Positions 10,549 through 20,914 of a stretch of DNA of 64,000 nucleotides are shown piece after piece. Where the stretch lies: positions 224,001 through 288,000 of the forward strand of contig CAWANJ010000006.1 of assembly GCA_963783385.1 (NCBI GenBank). Reading direction: 5' to 3'. The notes below the pieces were generated by a model, which ran no database searches, had not been told where the DNA came from, and worked only from the letters and a program-made list of their open reading frames with translations. Source of the DNA: an uncultured Gemmatimonadales bacterium. GTDB taxonomy: Bacteria; Gemmatimonadota; Gemmatimonadetes; Palauibacterales; Palauibacteraceae. The position numbers and the translations under genes were made by a program. Within the stretch, counting starts at the first letter, position 1. Each line of letters opens with the position of its first letter.

Positions 10549-12414
10549 ATGCCCCGTACACCTCCCGCGCAGAACCCGACGTGCCGCCGACGCTCCGCCA
10601 GCGATCCCGCTCGGCCGAGCCCTCGGCCGGGCGCCCACGGCCGCAGGGCTCGCGGCCCTCCTCGCCATCTCGGGCATGGTCGGTTGCGCGGCCCCCGGGG
10701 ACGCCCCGCCCGGCGGGGGCCTGAAGTTCGCCGTGTCCATCCCGCAGGCCCGGACCGACTCCGCCCGGGACGGTCGTGTCCTGGTGCTCCTGGCGACCGA
10801 CTCCACATCGGAGCCGCGCTTCCAGGTGGAGCCCGAGCCCGACCGCAGCGCCGAGGTGGCGGGAGTCCAGGCGCACGGCTTCGGGCCCGGGCGGGGAGGT
10901 CGTGGTGGGAGACACGGCGTTCGGTTATCCGGTGGCGAGTCTGCGCGACGTGCCGGCCGGCGACTACACGGTACAGTCCGTGTTCGTCCCCTACCGCACC
11001 TACCATCGCGCCGACGGCCACACCGTGTCGCTCCCGCCCGACCGGGGCGAGGGCCAGCGCTGGGACCGCAAGCCGGGCGACCTGTACAGCGCGCCGCGCC
11101 GGCTGCACCTGGATCCGTCCGCCGACCGCACCGTGCGGCTGTCGCTGGACAGCGTGATCCCCGAGATATCGCCACCCGAGGACACGCCCTGGGTCAAGCA
11201 CGTTCGCATCCAGAGCGCGCTCCTCACGAATTTCTGGGGCGCGCCGACCTACATCCAGGCCACCGTATTGCTCCCGGCCGGCTTCGCCCAGCATCCGAAC
11301 GCTCACTATCCGGTGCTCGTGGAGCAGGGACACTTCGGCCGCGGCATCCCGGGCTGGCGACCCGAGCCGGAGGACGCGTCCCTGCCGGCGCCCGATTCCA
11401 CGTGGCTGTACGCGCACTGCTGGATGGGGAACGAGGCCGGATGCCGGGAGCACGGGATCGAGCGCATGCGCCAGCGCCTCATGCACGGCTTCTACCAGTG
11501 GTGGACGAGCCCGAACGCGCCGCGGGTGCTGCTGCTCACGATCCAGCACGCCAATCCGTACTACGACGACTCGTACGCCGTGAACTCGGCCAACCTGGGC
11601 CCATACGGTGACGCGATCACGAAGGAGCTGATCCCGGAGGTCGAGAAGCGCTACCGCGGGATCGGCGCCGGGTGGGCGCGCGTCCTCACCGGCGGCTCGA
11701 CCGGCGGCTGGGAGGCGCTCGGGGTGCAGCTGTTCTATCCCGACGACTACAACGGCGCGTGGGGCTTCTGCCCCGACCCGGTGGACTTCCACTTCCACCA
11801 GGCCGTCGACGTCTACGACGACGCCAACGCCTATCTCCGCTCCGGTCCCCTGGGCAGCGTGGCGGTGCCCGGCGCGCGGGGCTACCAGGGCCGCGTGCGC
11901 TACCAGATGGCCGACGAGAACCACATGGAGCTGGCCCTGGGGACCCGGGGGCGCTCGGGCGGGCAGTGGGACATCTGGCAGGCCGTGTTCGGACCCGTGG
12001 GCGCGGACGGCTACCCGAAGCCGATCTGGAACAAGCGCACCGGGGCCATCGACCGCGACGTGGCCGGCGTACTGGCGGGACCACTACGACCTCACCCACA
12101 TCCTCCAGCGCGACTGGAAGACCCTGGGCCCGAAGCTGCGCGGCAAGCTCCACGTGTACGTGGGCACCATGGACTCGTACTACCTGAACGACGCCGTCCA
12201 CCTCATGCAGCAGGCCACCGACAGCCTCAGGAACCCGCGCGCCGACTTCACCTTCGACTATGGCGCGCGCGCCCCCCACTGCTGGACCGGGGACCACGAC
12301 CACCCGAACTGGGCGGGGAGCATCACCGCATTTCAGCGCTTCCTGCCCGCCATGGCGCGGCACATGGAGAGCACCGCCCCGGCCGGGGCGGACACGCGCA
12401 GCTGGAGGTATTGA
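10549..12414 (+). CDS. Secreted putative esterase (alpha/beta hydrolase), frameshifted
   Basis: YYDDSYAVNSANLGPYGDAI, nucleophile elbow GGSTGGWE, CPDPVDF, and C-terminal VGTMDSYYL/PHCW, across ORFs starting 10676, 10776 and 12154. Confidence 0.75.
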
Positions 12415-12466
12415 GCGTGCGCGTCGAGATTCCAATCCCGCTCGCATCGTCCGAGGAGGACTGTTG

Positions 12467-13822
12467 ATGCATACCGTAGACAGGGTGGAAGACCTCAACC
12501 CGCACCGGATCGCGCGTCAGCAGTTCGACCGCTCGGCACCCTTTGTCGACGACCTGGCGGACTGGGAAGGGCTCTCCGATTTCCTGTTCGAGCCGGAGCA
12601 CATCCTCGAAGTCGCGCTTCCGGTGCTCATGGACAACCGCTCCGTGAAGATGTTCACCGGATACAGGGTGCTTCACTCCAGCATTCGCGGTCCGGGTAAG
12701 GGGGGGATCCGCTTCTATCCGACCGCCGGCAAGGAAGAGGTGATGGCGCTGGCCACCTGGATGACGTGGAAGTGCGCCCTCCTCGACATTCCGTTCGGAG
12801 GCGCCAAGGGTGGGATCGCCGTCGATGCGAGAGCCCTCTCCAGGCGCGAGAAGGAACATCTCACGCGGCGCTACACCGTCGCTCTCGGCGACACGATCGG
12901 GCCATTCACCGACGTGCCCGCGCCCGATGTCTATACCGATGCACAGACGATGGCCTGGATCTTCGACACCTACCAGATGATGCATCCGGGCCAGGGCAAC
13001 CTCCCCGTCGTGACCGGAAAGCCGCTCGAGCTGGGTGGCTCGGTCGGTCGCGACGCCGCCACGGCCCAGGGCCTGTTCCACGTGACCGAGCGATTCCTGG
13101 AGCTGGGTGGCGTCCCCGACCTTTCGGAGATCAGGGGCGCCAGGGTCTCCATTCAGGGCTTCGGCAACGCCGGAAGGCACGCGGCGAGGCTCTTCCACGA
13201 GGCCGGCGCCACCATCGTCGGCCTGTCCGACTCGCGGGGCGGAATCTACAATCCCGACGGCCTGACGCCCGACAGCGTCGGACGACACAAGGACGAGACC
13301 GGAACCCTGGCGGGCTTTTCCGGGGCCGAAACGCTCGGATTCCAGGATGTCCTCGAGGTGCCGTGCGACATCCTGGTTCCCGCCGCCGTCGAGAACATGA
13401 TCACCACCGAGAACGCCGAGCGGATCAATGCGAAGCTGGTGGCCGAGGCCGCCAACGGTCCCACCACGCCCGGGGCGGACGACATCCTCTGCGGGCAGGG
13501 AATCCACGTCCTGCCGGACATACTCGCCAACGCGGGCGGCGTGGTCGTCAGTTACTTCGAGTGGGCCCAGAACCTCTCCAATCAGCAATGGGACGAGGCA
13601 GAGGTCGCCGAGAAGCTTCGAAAGAAGATGTACAGGGCCACGGATCTCGTCGTCGCCAGGCGGGCCGAACTGCTCGAATCACTTCCCACCTACAGGGAGA
13701 GGTGGGCCGCCGACCACGCCGCCGACCCGACGCTACCCGAACCCGACTACCGGATGACCGCCCTCACCGTGGCGGTGAAGAGATGCCAGGCCGCGGCGTT
13801 GCAGCGAGGAATCTGGCCGTGA
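12467..13822 (+). CDS. gdhA: Glu/Leu/Phe/Val dehydrogenase, probably glutamate dehydrogenase
   Basis: GPGKGGIRF, GGAKGG, DVPAPD, VTGKP, QGFGNAG, EAANGP, NAGGVVVSYFEW. Confidence 0.9.
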   Translation: MHTVDRVEDLNPHRIARQQFDRSAPFVDDLADWEGLSDFLFEPEHILEVALPVLMDNRSVKMFTGYRVLHSSIRGPGKGGIRFYPTAGKEEVMALATWMTWKCALLDIPFGGAKGGIAVDARALSRREKEHLTRRYTVALGDTIGPFTDVPAPDVYTDAQTMAWIFDTYQMMHPGQGNLPVVTGKPLELGGSVGRDAATAQGLFHVTERFLELGGVPDLSEIRGARVSIQGFGNAGRHAARLFHEAGATIVGLSDSRGGIYNPDGLTPDSVGRHKDETGTLAGFSGAETLGFQDVLEVPCDILVPAAVENMITTENAERINAKLVAEAANGPTTPGADDILCGQGIHVLPDILANAGGVVVSYFEWAQNLSNQQWDEAEVAEKLRKKMYRATDLVVARRAELLESLPTYRERWAADHAADPTLPEPDYRMTALTVAVKRCQAAALQRGIWP

Positions 13823-13870
13823 CCTGAAGGGTGCGGGAACCAGCCATGCCCTGTAGGGCCTGATAGCGAC

Positions 13871-13894
13871 AGAGCCCCCGTCTCCGGGGGCTCT
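13871..13894. terminator. Perfect 10-bp hairpin between gdhA and tRNA-Gly(TCC)
   Basis: AGAGCCCCCG-tctc-CGGGGGCTCT. Confidence 0.75.
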
Positions 13895-13901
13895 CGTCGT
13901 A

Positions 13902-13974
13902 AGCGGGCGACCGGTTTCGAACCGGCGACCTCGAGCTTGGAAGGCTCGCGCTCTGCCAGCTGAGCTACGCCCGC
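13902..13974 (-). tRNA. tRNA-Gly(TCC)
   Basis: Cloverleaf: acceptor GCGGGCG/CGCCCGC, anticodon arm CGAGC-CTTCCAA-GCTCG, T-loop TTCGAAA; CCA not encoded. Confidence 0.95.
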
Positions 13975-14015
13975 GCGGGGTGCGGCGGCGGGGCGGGGCC
14001 CCTCCGCTCACCTTC

Positions 14016-14585
14016 TTACCTGCGCCCGGGAATCTGGGTCCGCGGCCGGGGCGCGGCAACGTGCGGTGGGGGAGACTCCATCCGCGCGCGCAGCGACTCG
14101 AGGAAGGACCGGGCCGTGGCGTCGTGGCCGATCACGAACCGGCTCACGAAACGGAACAGCGGATTGTGGACCACCCCGTCCTCGGTGATCGTCACCCGGG
14201 TCGCCTCCCCGACGGGCTCGAGAACGTAGGTCCACCGCCCCCCGTAGGGCAGGTCCTCGTCGGCGATCTCGACCACGAGGCGTCGCGGCGGCTGGCTGGA
14301 GAGCCGGCGGTAAGTCACGGCTTTCCGGCCCCCCGTCTCCCGCCACCGGACGGCCCCGTCCTCCTCGACGGCGAGCACGTCGACCCTGTCCACGTCGTGG
14401 CGCCAGGCCGGATACGCGGCCGGCTCCGCCAGGACGGACCACACCTCGGCCCGTGAGCCATGGACATCGCTCGAGACCGACACGGTGTGGGCTTCGGGAA
14501 GGAAGGAGCCCACGACCCACGGCACCGCAACCAGCCCGACGAGCCCCGCCAGGCCCCACAGCACGACTCGTCTCGCTCGGCTCAT
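14016..14585 (-). CDS. SRPBCC/polyketide cyclase family protein with N-terminal membrane anchor
   Basis: VW..L..PAAYPAWR, YGGRWTYVLEP..TRVTITEDG; start overlaps the MarR stop. Confidence 0.75.
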   Translation of the reverse strand: MSRARRVVLWGLAGLVGLVAVPWVVGSFLPEAHTVSVSSDVHGSRAEVWSVLAEPAAYPAWRHDVDRVDVLAVEEDGAVRWRETGGRKAVTYRRLSSQPPRRLVVEIADEDLPYGGRWTYVLEPVGEATRVTITEDGVVHNPLFRFVSRFVIGHDATARSFLESLRARMESPPPHVAAPRPRTQIPGRR

Positions 14586-15067
14586 CACGCACCTCCGGCT
14601 GGGGGTGTCGGCGGCGGCGTGGGGTCCAGGCGGCGGGCGGCCGCGGCCAGGAGCTCCAGCCCATCCAGCCCGCGCGCCCGTTCCTCGCGGGAGAGCTCCT
14701 CCAGGAGCGCCCCGACCCTGTCCGGGTCCAGGACCTGATCGGCCTCCCGCACCCGCTCCCCCGCCTCGGTCAGGCGCAGGTGAACGACCCGGCCATCGTC
14801 CGCGTCCCGGCTGCGGAACAGGTAGCCATCCCGCTCGAGCCGGCTCGCGTTGAGCGACATGGTGGAGATCGACACGCCCATGTGGTCCGCGAGCTCGCCC
14901 ACGCTGGTCGGGTCGACGGGATCCAGGTGCTGGAGGATGTCGACCTGGTTCCGGCTCAGCTCCCGGTCGGAGACGGGATCGCGCAGGTGACGTCGATGAC
15001 ACGCCAGGAAGATCGCGGGATAGGTCCGGAGAAGGGCCTCCACCTCCTCGCCCGTCACCGTCGACAT
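14585..15067 (-). CDS. MarR family transcriptional regulator
   Basis: wHTH ELADHMGVSISTMS...LERDGY, DGRVVHLRLTEAG. Confidence 0.85.
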   Translation of the reverse strand: MSTVTGEEVEALLRTYPAIFLACHRRHLRDPVSDRELSRNQVDILQHLDPVDPTSVGELADHMGVSISTMSLNASRLERDGYLFRSRDADDGRVVHLRLTEAGERVREADQVLDPDRVGALLEELSREERARGLDGLELLAAAARRLDPTPPPTPPAGGA

Positions 15068-15168
15068 CGCCCCCCACCCTCATCGTCCGATCGGTCGCGC
15101 CCACCGCGGGGCGAGTTGCTTTGACGGCTAAAACTAAAATGAGCGGTCGATCCCGGCAAGGCCGCGCC

Positions 15169-16788
15169 TCAGCCCTTAGCGTGCAGCGCCTCGAGGAACA
15201 CGTCGCCGTAGCGCTCCAGCTTGGCGGGGCCCACCCCGGACACGTCGAGCATCTCCTCGGGCGTGGAGGGAGAGCGCTCGATCATGCTCCACAAGACCTT
15301 GTCGCTGAACACAATGTAGGCGGGGACGCCGCGCTCGTCCGCCAGCCGCTTGCGGAGGTCCCGCAGACGCTCGAAGATCGCCGACTCTTCGGGCCCGGCC
15401 GTGGCCTGCGAGAGCTCCTCCTCGCCGCCGCCCGACCACGAGGCGCCCGGCGCGGCGCCGGGACCTCGGGCGCCGGCTCCCGCGGATCTCCGGCCGGCTC
15501 GCCCCGCCGCGCGCCGCTCCGCCCGCACCTCCTCGACCAGGTCGGTGACGCCGACCCCGGTGCACACGTCGCACGCGTCACCACACGGCTCGATCGCCTC
15601 GCCGAAGTGCGCCAGCACGGCCCGGTGGCGGCAGCCGCCGCGGTCGGCGAGCCGGAAGAGCTCCACGGTCGCCTCGCGCTTGCGGCGCCGGAGCTCCGGG
15701 TCCTCGATCTCGTCCAGGAAGCGCTCCCTCACCTTGACGTCGGCCCACGAGTAGAACAGGAAGCACTCGGACGGGAGCCCGTCGCGCCCCGCCCGACCCA
15801 TCTCCTGGTACCAGGACTCGACGTCCGAGGGCATCTCCTGGTGGATCACGAAGCGGACGTTCGACTTGTCGATCCCCATCCCGAACGCGATGGTGGCGAC
15901 GACCACGTCCACCTCGTCGCGGGCGAACGCCTCCTGCGCCGCGGCGCGCTCCGCGTCCGGGAGGCCGGCGTGGTAGGCGGCGGCCGCGATTCCCTTCTTC
16001 CGGAGGAAGGCGGTCATGCGCTCCACCGACTTCCGGGACAGGCAGTAGATGATCCCGCTCTCGCCCTCGTGGCGCCGCACCAGGGCCAGGATCTCGCGCC
16101 GCGTGTTCCCCTCGCCTCGCTTCCGGCAGGCGATCCTGAGGTTTCGCCGGAAGAAGGAGCCCTTGTAGCCCTCGGGGTCGCGCATGCCGAGCTGGTTGAG
16201 GATGTCGACCGCCACGCGCCGGGTCGCCGTGGCCGTGAGCGCCAGGACCGGCACCCCGCCCAGCTCTTCCTTGAGGCCCCGAAGCCGCCGGTACGAGGTC
16301 CTGAAGTCGTGCCCCCACTGCGAGATGCAGTGAGCCTCGTCCACGACGAGGAGGGAGAGCGGGCTGTCGGCGAGCAGGGCCCGCATGCGGGGGCCGAGGG
16401 CCTCGGGGGCCAGGTAGATGAGCTCGTAGTGGCCGCGCCGCAGCGCTCGCAGCCGCTCCCTGCGCTCCTCGGGTGGAAGGGTCGAGTTGATGGCCGCCGC
16501 CCGGAAGCCGAGCGCCTCGAGCGCGTCGACCTGGTCCTTCATGAGGCTGATGAGGGGCGAGAGGACGACGACCGTGCCGGGCAGCACCCGGGCGGGAAGC
16601 TGGAAGGTGAGGGACTTGCCGGCCCCGGTCGGCATCACGGCGATGCAGTCCCGGCCCGCCAGCACCGCGTCGATCACGTGGCGCTGGCCCGGCCGGAAGG
16701 ACTCGTAGCCGAAGACCTCGCGGAGAACGGCTATGGGGTCTGCCGTAGTCGGCGCGCCCGTGCGCATGTCGGCGTTCGGCTGGCTCAC
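15169..16788 (-). CDS. recQ: RecQ-family DNA helicase with HRDC domain
   Basis: [43 protein letters not shown], Zn-binding Cys cluster, C-terminal HRDC (VPAYIVFSD). Confidence 0.92.
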   Translation of the reverse strand: MSQPNADMRTGAPTTADPIAVLREVFGYESFRPGQRHVIDAVLAGRDCIAVMPTGAGKSLTFQLPARVLPGTVVVLSPLISLMKDQVDALEALGFRAAAINSTLPPEERRERLRALRRGHYELIYLAPEALGPRMRALLADSPLSLLVVDEAHCISQWGHDFRTSYRRLRGLKEELGGVPVLALTATATRRVAVDILNQLGMRDPEGYKGSFFRRNLRIACRKRGEGNTRREILALVRRHEGESGIIYCLSRKSVERMTAFLRKKGIAAAAYHAGLPDAERAAAQEAFARDEVDVVVATIAFGMGIDKSNVRFVIHQEMPSDVESWYQEMGRAGRDGLPSECFLFYSWADVKVRERFLDEIEDPELRRRKREATVELFRLADRGGCRHRAVLAHFGEAIEPCGDACDVCTGVGVTDLVEEVRAERRAAGRAGRRSAGAGARGPGAAPGASWSGGGEEELSQATAGPEESAIFERLRDLRKRLADERGVPAYIVFSDKVLWSMIERSPSTPEEMLDVSGVGPAKLERYGDVFLEALHAKG

Positions 16789-16911
16789 GTCTCCGGTCCG
16801 GTGGCGGTCTCGCTCGGATGATGGCCGGGCCCCGCGGCCCTGATCCTCAACATAGCGGCGAGCGACCCCTCGAGCCGAACGTCGAGGCCCCGCGGTGATC
16901 CGGGCGGCTTC

Positions 16912-16941
16912 AAAGAAAGAGCCTCCATCATCGGGGGCTCT
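16912..16941 (-). terminator. Intrinsic terminator following the decayed tRNA 3' copy
   Basis: Minus strand reads AGAGCCCCC-gatgat-GGAGGCTCT-TTCTTT. Confidence 0.6.
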
Positions 16942-16943
16942 CC

Positions 16944-16972
16944 GGAAGCGGGCGACCGGTCCCGAAGCGGCG
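16944..16972 (-). repeat. Decayed copy of the tRNA-Gly 3' end (att-like)
   Basis: 27/29 identity to 21553..21581. Confidence 0.8.
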
Positions 16973-17006
16973 GTCCAGTCACCTCACCCGCCGGCCAGTC
17001 GGGCCC

Positions 17007-17200
17007 TCATCCGGTCGAACTGACCCACGCTTCGAGCCGCGAGCGGGTCGCTCCGACCGCGCGGGCCACCAGAGAGTGCCGGCCATAGGGGGAGACATCA
17101 TACGTCCACGACACCAGCCGACCTCGAAAGAAGTCGCCCTGCAGAACGCGCGACGACTGTCGGGCGCCGAGCGCCCAGTTCACGAGCCCGAGCCGCGCCG
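17007..17200 (-). pseudogene. Possible remnant of a TolB/WD40-like propeller C-terminus
   Basis: WTYDVSPYGRHSLV resembles the YDVSPDGxRFL motif; no intact gene upstream; boundaries approximate. Confidence 0.3.
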
Positions 17201-17449
17201 GAGGACGGATCCACGGCGCGTTCCCTCCGGCGCCGGAACATGCATCGGGCGGGTGTCGTTGCGACTGCTGATGCACCGAAATCGCTTGCAGTCGGATCCG
17301 AGATCGTCCTCGATCCGTTCTGCGCCGTGGACATGCATGCCGCTACCCTGGCGGACGGCCGCCTGGCCCGATGACCCGTCGTGAGTTGGCAGCGTGCCAG
17401 ATGGTGTCGCACACACTCTGGCTATCCTTTCCGCTGCAAAGGAATGAAC

Positions 17450-19301
17450 ATGAGGGTCACGCATCGCCCGCGTCCGTCGGTGGCCACGTCGGCAGGCGCG
17501 ACCCGCCGTCGCTCGTCGCCGGAGCTTCGACGTGCTGCCGCGATCCGTCTACGTCCCGGCCCGGCCGTGCGCGCGACCGTGGCGTCGGCGGCTCTCCTCA
17601 TCGGGACGGCGGTACCTGCCGCTGCCCAGCACGCGGCGCCCGCAGTCACCCCCGACCAGAGCCTGTACTCACTCCAGCCGGTGTCCCCTTCCCAGGCGGC
17701 AGACTGGCGCGCGGACCTCCGCGCGCTCGTCGGGGACCTCACGCGGGTGCACCCCGATCCATTTCACGCGACCTCGAAGGCCCGCTTCAATGCGGCCGTC
17801 GCCGCGCTCGCCGACTCGATCCCCGGTCTTCCAGCTCACCGGATCGTCATGGGCTTCGCTCGGCTCCTGGCCCTGGTCGGCAATGGGCACACGAGCCTGC
17901 CTCTCTACTTCGCTCGGGGCGTCGATTTCCACGCCCTTCCGTACCGGCTTGGCGTCCATGATGATGGCATCTACGTGGAGGCGGCCGACCACGCCTACGC
18001 CTCCCTGGTCGGCGGCCGGCTCGTCGCCATCGGCGGCGTCCCGGCGCAGGAGGCCCTCCGCCGTGTGACGCCGCTCATCTCCAGGGACAACGACAACTGG
18101 ATCTCCGTGGTGGCTCCGAATCTCCTGAACCGGATCGAGGTCCTCCAGGGTCTAGGCATGGCAAAGGACCTGCGGGGAGCCGACCTCACCGTTCGGATCG
18201 ACAGCGCGCTCCACACCGTCCACGTTCGCGCACTGACGGCGCCGCAATCCCATGACTTCGGCCTGCCGTTCCGGCCCCGCCTCACGGACAACTGGGTGGA
18301 TGCCCGCGACTCCTCCGGAGCCCCCGTCCCACTCTACCAGCGCCGCTACAAGGACCTGTACTGGTGGACCTACCTCCCCGACCAGGACCTGCTCTATGTG
18401 CAGTTCGACGTCGTCCAGAACCGGCGCGATGGACCGACCGCCCTGCAGACCTTTCGACAGGCGATGGCCTTCGCGCGCGATCGGCGACCGGCGCGCACTG
18501 TGATCGACATTCGCAACAATACCGGGGGAGAAGGCGGGCTCCTCCCACCGATCATCCGGGAGATCGTACGGACGCGCGAAGTCGATCAACCCGGGAAGTT
18601 GTTCCTGGTCATCGGCCCCCGGACATTCTCGGCCGGACAGATGATGGTGGGCTGGATGCGAGATGTTCACCACTGCCGTACTGGTCGGCCGGCCGACCTC
18701 GAGCCGCTTCGAAGGCTACGCCGGCCACGCCTTCCTACGCCTTCCGCGCAGTGGAATCGCGTATTTCGTGTCACCTGCGTACTACGAAATGGGCCGGGCC
18801 CCGGGCGACCCCCGTCCGCAGGCCACTCCACGACTCGCGGCGGTCTCGACGTTCGCGGACTACGTGACCAACCGCGATCCCGCCATGGACGCCATTCGAG
18901 CCTACGATCCGGGGGCATTATCGCGCCAGGTGCTCGCCGCGCTCCACGCGAGTGACACGACGCGTGCGGCCGCCCGCGTCCGCGCCTACGACGCGGATCC
19001 GGTGAACCGGTACCACGACGGTACCGCAGCGCTCAACGAGCTTGGATATCGTCTCCTCGGGGAGGACGGCGAAGAGGAAGACGCGCTCGCCGTCTTCGAG
19101 CTCAATACCCGTGTCCACCCGGGCTATGCTAACGGTTGGGACAGCCTGGGGGAGGCGTACGTCCGCGAAGGCCGGCGCCGGGACGCCATCGAGGCCTTTC
19201 GCCGAGCCCTGGCCCTCAACCCGAACCTGGCCTCCTCGAAGGCCTGGCTCCATCGCCTCGGCGCCGCGTCGTCGGGCGGCGAGACACCGCCAAGAGGCTG
19301 A
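17450..19301 (+). CDS. Secreted S41-like peptidase with C-terminal TPR domain (frameshift near 18660)
   Basis: Signal peptide, GNGHT, IDIRNNTGG, RTFSAG, VGRPT; then TPR LNELGY...NGWDSLGEAY...FRRALALNP. Confidence 0.7.
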
Positions 19302-19479
19302 GCCGGGGCGCCGACACGCTGACGGTCACCTGGACCTGGACGCACGAGGGAAGGAGCGAGACCGACGGGGTTCGCTTGCGGGACGGGACCGACCACCTCG
19401 ATCGAAGTCTCCGCCGCACCGCCCAGCCGATTCCGGCGACCAAGGCCCACTTCGAGCCTCGCGCGGCAGAGGACCCCTG

Positions 19480-19524
19480 GGAAGCGGGCGACCGGTCTCG
19501 AACCGGCGACCTTCAGCTTGGGAA
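19480..19524 (-). repeat. Exact 45-bp copy of the tRNA-Gly(CCC) 3' half (att site)
   Basis: GGAAGCGGGCGACCGGTCTCGAACCGGCGACCTTCAGCTTGGGAA is identical to 21553..21597. Confidence 0.95.
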
Positions 19525-19629
19525 ACCGATTCACCCTCCACCCGAATGGGCGGATTCAGCACACGCTGCAAGGACTCTCAGACGAATCTAGCATACCCGC
19601 GCGTGGCTCGTATGCGGATCTCATAGGGT

Positions 19630-19653
19630 CAAATGCGCACACAAATGCGCACA
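19630..19653. repeat. Tandem 12-mer CAAATGCGCACA x2 (candidate integrase arm sites)
   Basis: Exact duplication about 105 bp inside the att repeat. Confidence 0.6.
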
Positions 19654-19848
19654 ACTCCCGGCGGCGCCGTCGAGCGGCACGACGCTCCGACCGCAAGCGC
19701 ACGAGCGGCCACGAGCCGTCGATCCGGCCAATCCCTGCGGGGTCCCGGACGATCGACTCGGACAGTTTCCCACAGGCCAGCGCGGACCCCTCCCGACAGA
19801 CGGGAGGACGCCGGGGCGCTATTCTTCGATACGAACTTGGGGGTTCCC

Positions 19849-20343
19849 ATGCAGCGATTCTGTGGCCTCCGTGGCCTGCTCCCCGTCCTCGCCGCGGCGA
19901 TCGCCTCGGCCTGCACCGGCGCTGGCGCCCCCCCCACGGCATGCGCCGGCCTCTCGGCGCGAACCATGGCGGTGACCCGGGAGGAGTACGCCCCCTGCGC
20001 CGGCGAAATGCTGGCGGCCCTGGATACTCTGGAGCGGGCGCTGCAGCGGGGGATCGTGGGGGGTCAGGAGGAGGCCTTCGGCGACGCGCGGCGGGTCCAC
20101 CGCCGGCTCCGGGCCCTGATCCGGGAGGTGGACTTCCGGGGAGACTACCTGAGAGAGATGCGGGAAGGGGCGAGCCGGACGGTCCAGCGGTGGCCCGAGG
20201 ACGCCATGCGGATGTTCAACGGGGAGCTGGGAAACGCCCTGGCCCAGTACAGCTCGGCGCTGGGGTACCCGAACGTCGAAAACCTGGAGGAGGGCCGCCG
20301 GCACCACCGGTTGGCGGCCCAGGCCTATGACCGCTTCCGGTAG
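19849..20343 (+). CDS. Hypothetical helical lipoprotein
   Basis: Hydrophobic signal ending IASA-C; protein-like ORF. Confidence 0.6.
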   Translation: MQRFCGLRGLLPVLAAAIASACTGAGAPPTACAGLSARTMAVTREEYAPCAGEMLAALDTLERALQRGIVGGQEEAFGDARRVHRRLRALIREVDFRGDYLREMREGASRTVQRWPEDAMRMFNGELGNALAQYSSALGYPNVENLEEGRRHHRLAAQAYDRFR

Positions 20344-20914
20344 CCCGGCGTCCGGCGGCGAGGGCGGTGCCCCGGGCACCGGGCGTCCCGCAGTCTCCGG
20401 GCCCGTCCGCCCCCTTCTCCTGGCCCTCCCGCTGCTGCTCCCGACCCTCGCGGCCGCTGCGGGATGCGGAGGAGAACCGCCGCCCCGGGCCTTCGCCCAG
20501 CGGGAGCCAGTCCCACTGGGCCCCCTCACTCTCCGCGTCACGGGCTCGCAGGAGGTGAGGGGCTCGCCAGCCGTTCCCCTGAACACGCTCTACGCCGAGT
20601 CCGGCCGGAAGATCTTGGTGGTCTTCGTCACCTGGAGTGGGATGGAGGGACTCGCGCCTCCGGATCGGGTCCGCTTCGTGGAGAGCTTCCTCACCGGCCG
20701 GTCCAGCGTGGTGGACAACGAGGGCTACGAGTACCCGGCGATCGACGCCATGCCCCTTCCCCTCTACACCGGAAGCGGTCCCATCGGAACCCTCGTCCAG
20801 GACTGGGTGCTGGTCTTCCACCCATGGGTCGACAGCCAGGGAATGGAGGTCCGCTTCGTCCGGCCCGACCCTGATCCCGGAGGGTTTCGTGTGGCGTCCG
20901 TTCAACTCCCGTAG
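20327..20914 (+). CDS. Hypothetical lipoprotein
   Basis: Signal ending AAAG-C; beta-rich body; overlaps both neighbours. Confidence 0.6.
   Translation: MTASGSPASGGEGGAPGTGRPAVSGPVRPLLLALPLLLPTLAAAAGCGGEPPPRAFAQREPVPLGPLTLRVTGSQEVRGSPAVPLNTLYAESGRKILVVFVTWSGMEGLAPPDRVRFVESFLTGRSSVVDNEGYEYPAIDAMPLPLYTGSGPIGTLVQDWVLVFHPWVDSQGMEVRFVRPDPDPGGFRVASVQLP

Larger units (their letters stand above)
16973..19479. mobile_element. Islet 2 (older), between two tRNA-Gly 3'-end repeats; no integrase
   Basis: Flanked by repeats at 16944 and 19480; cargo is an S41-like/TPR gene plus gene remnants. Confidence 0.6.

Noticed and set aside
12413-12445. Possible decayed tRNA-end repeat left of gdhA (GAGCGTGCG...GAGATTCCAATCCC)
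   Set aside because: Similarity to the tRNA-Gly end is too weak to distinguish from chance.
15105-15145. AT-rich patch upstream of marR as an operator
   Set aside because: The palindrome (TTTGACGGCTAAA) is too imperfect to call; it is plausible but unsupported.
19480-19560. Possible additional tRNA gene
   Set aside because: Only the 3' half is present, with no D-arm or 5' acceptor strand; treated as an att repeat.
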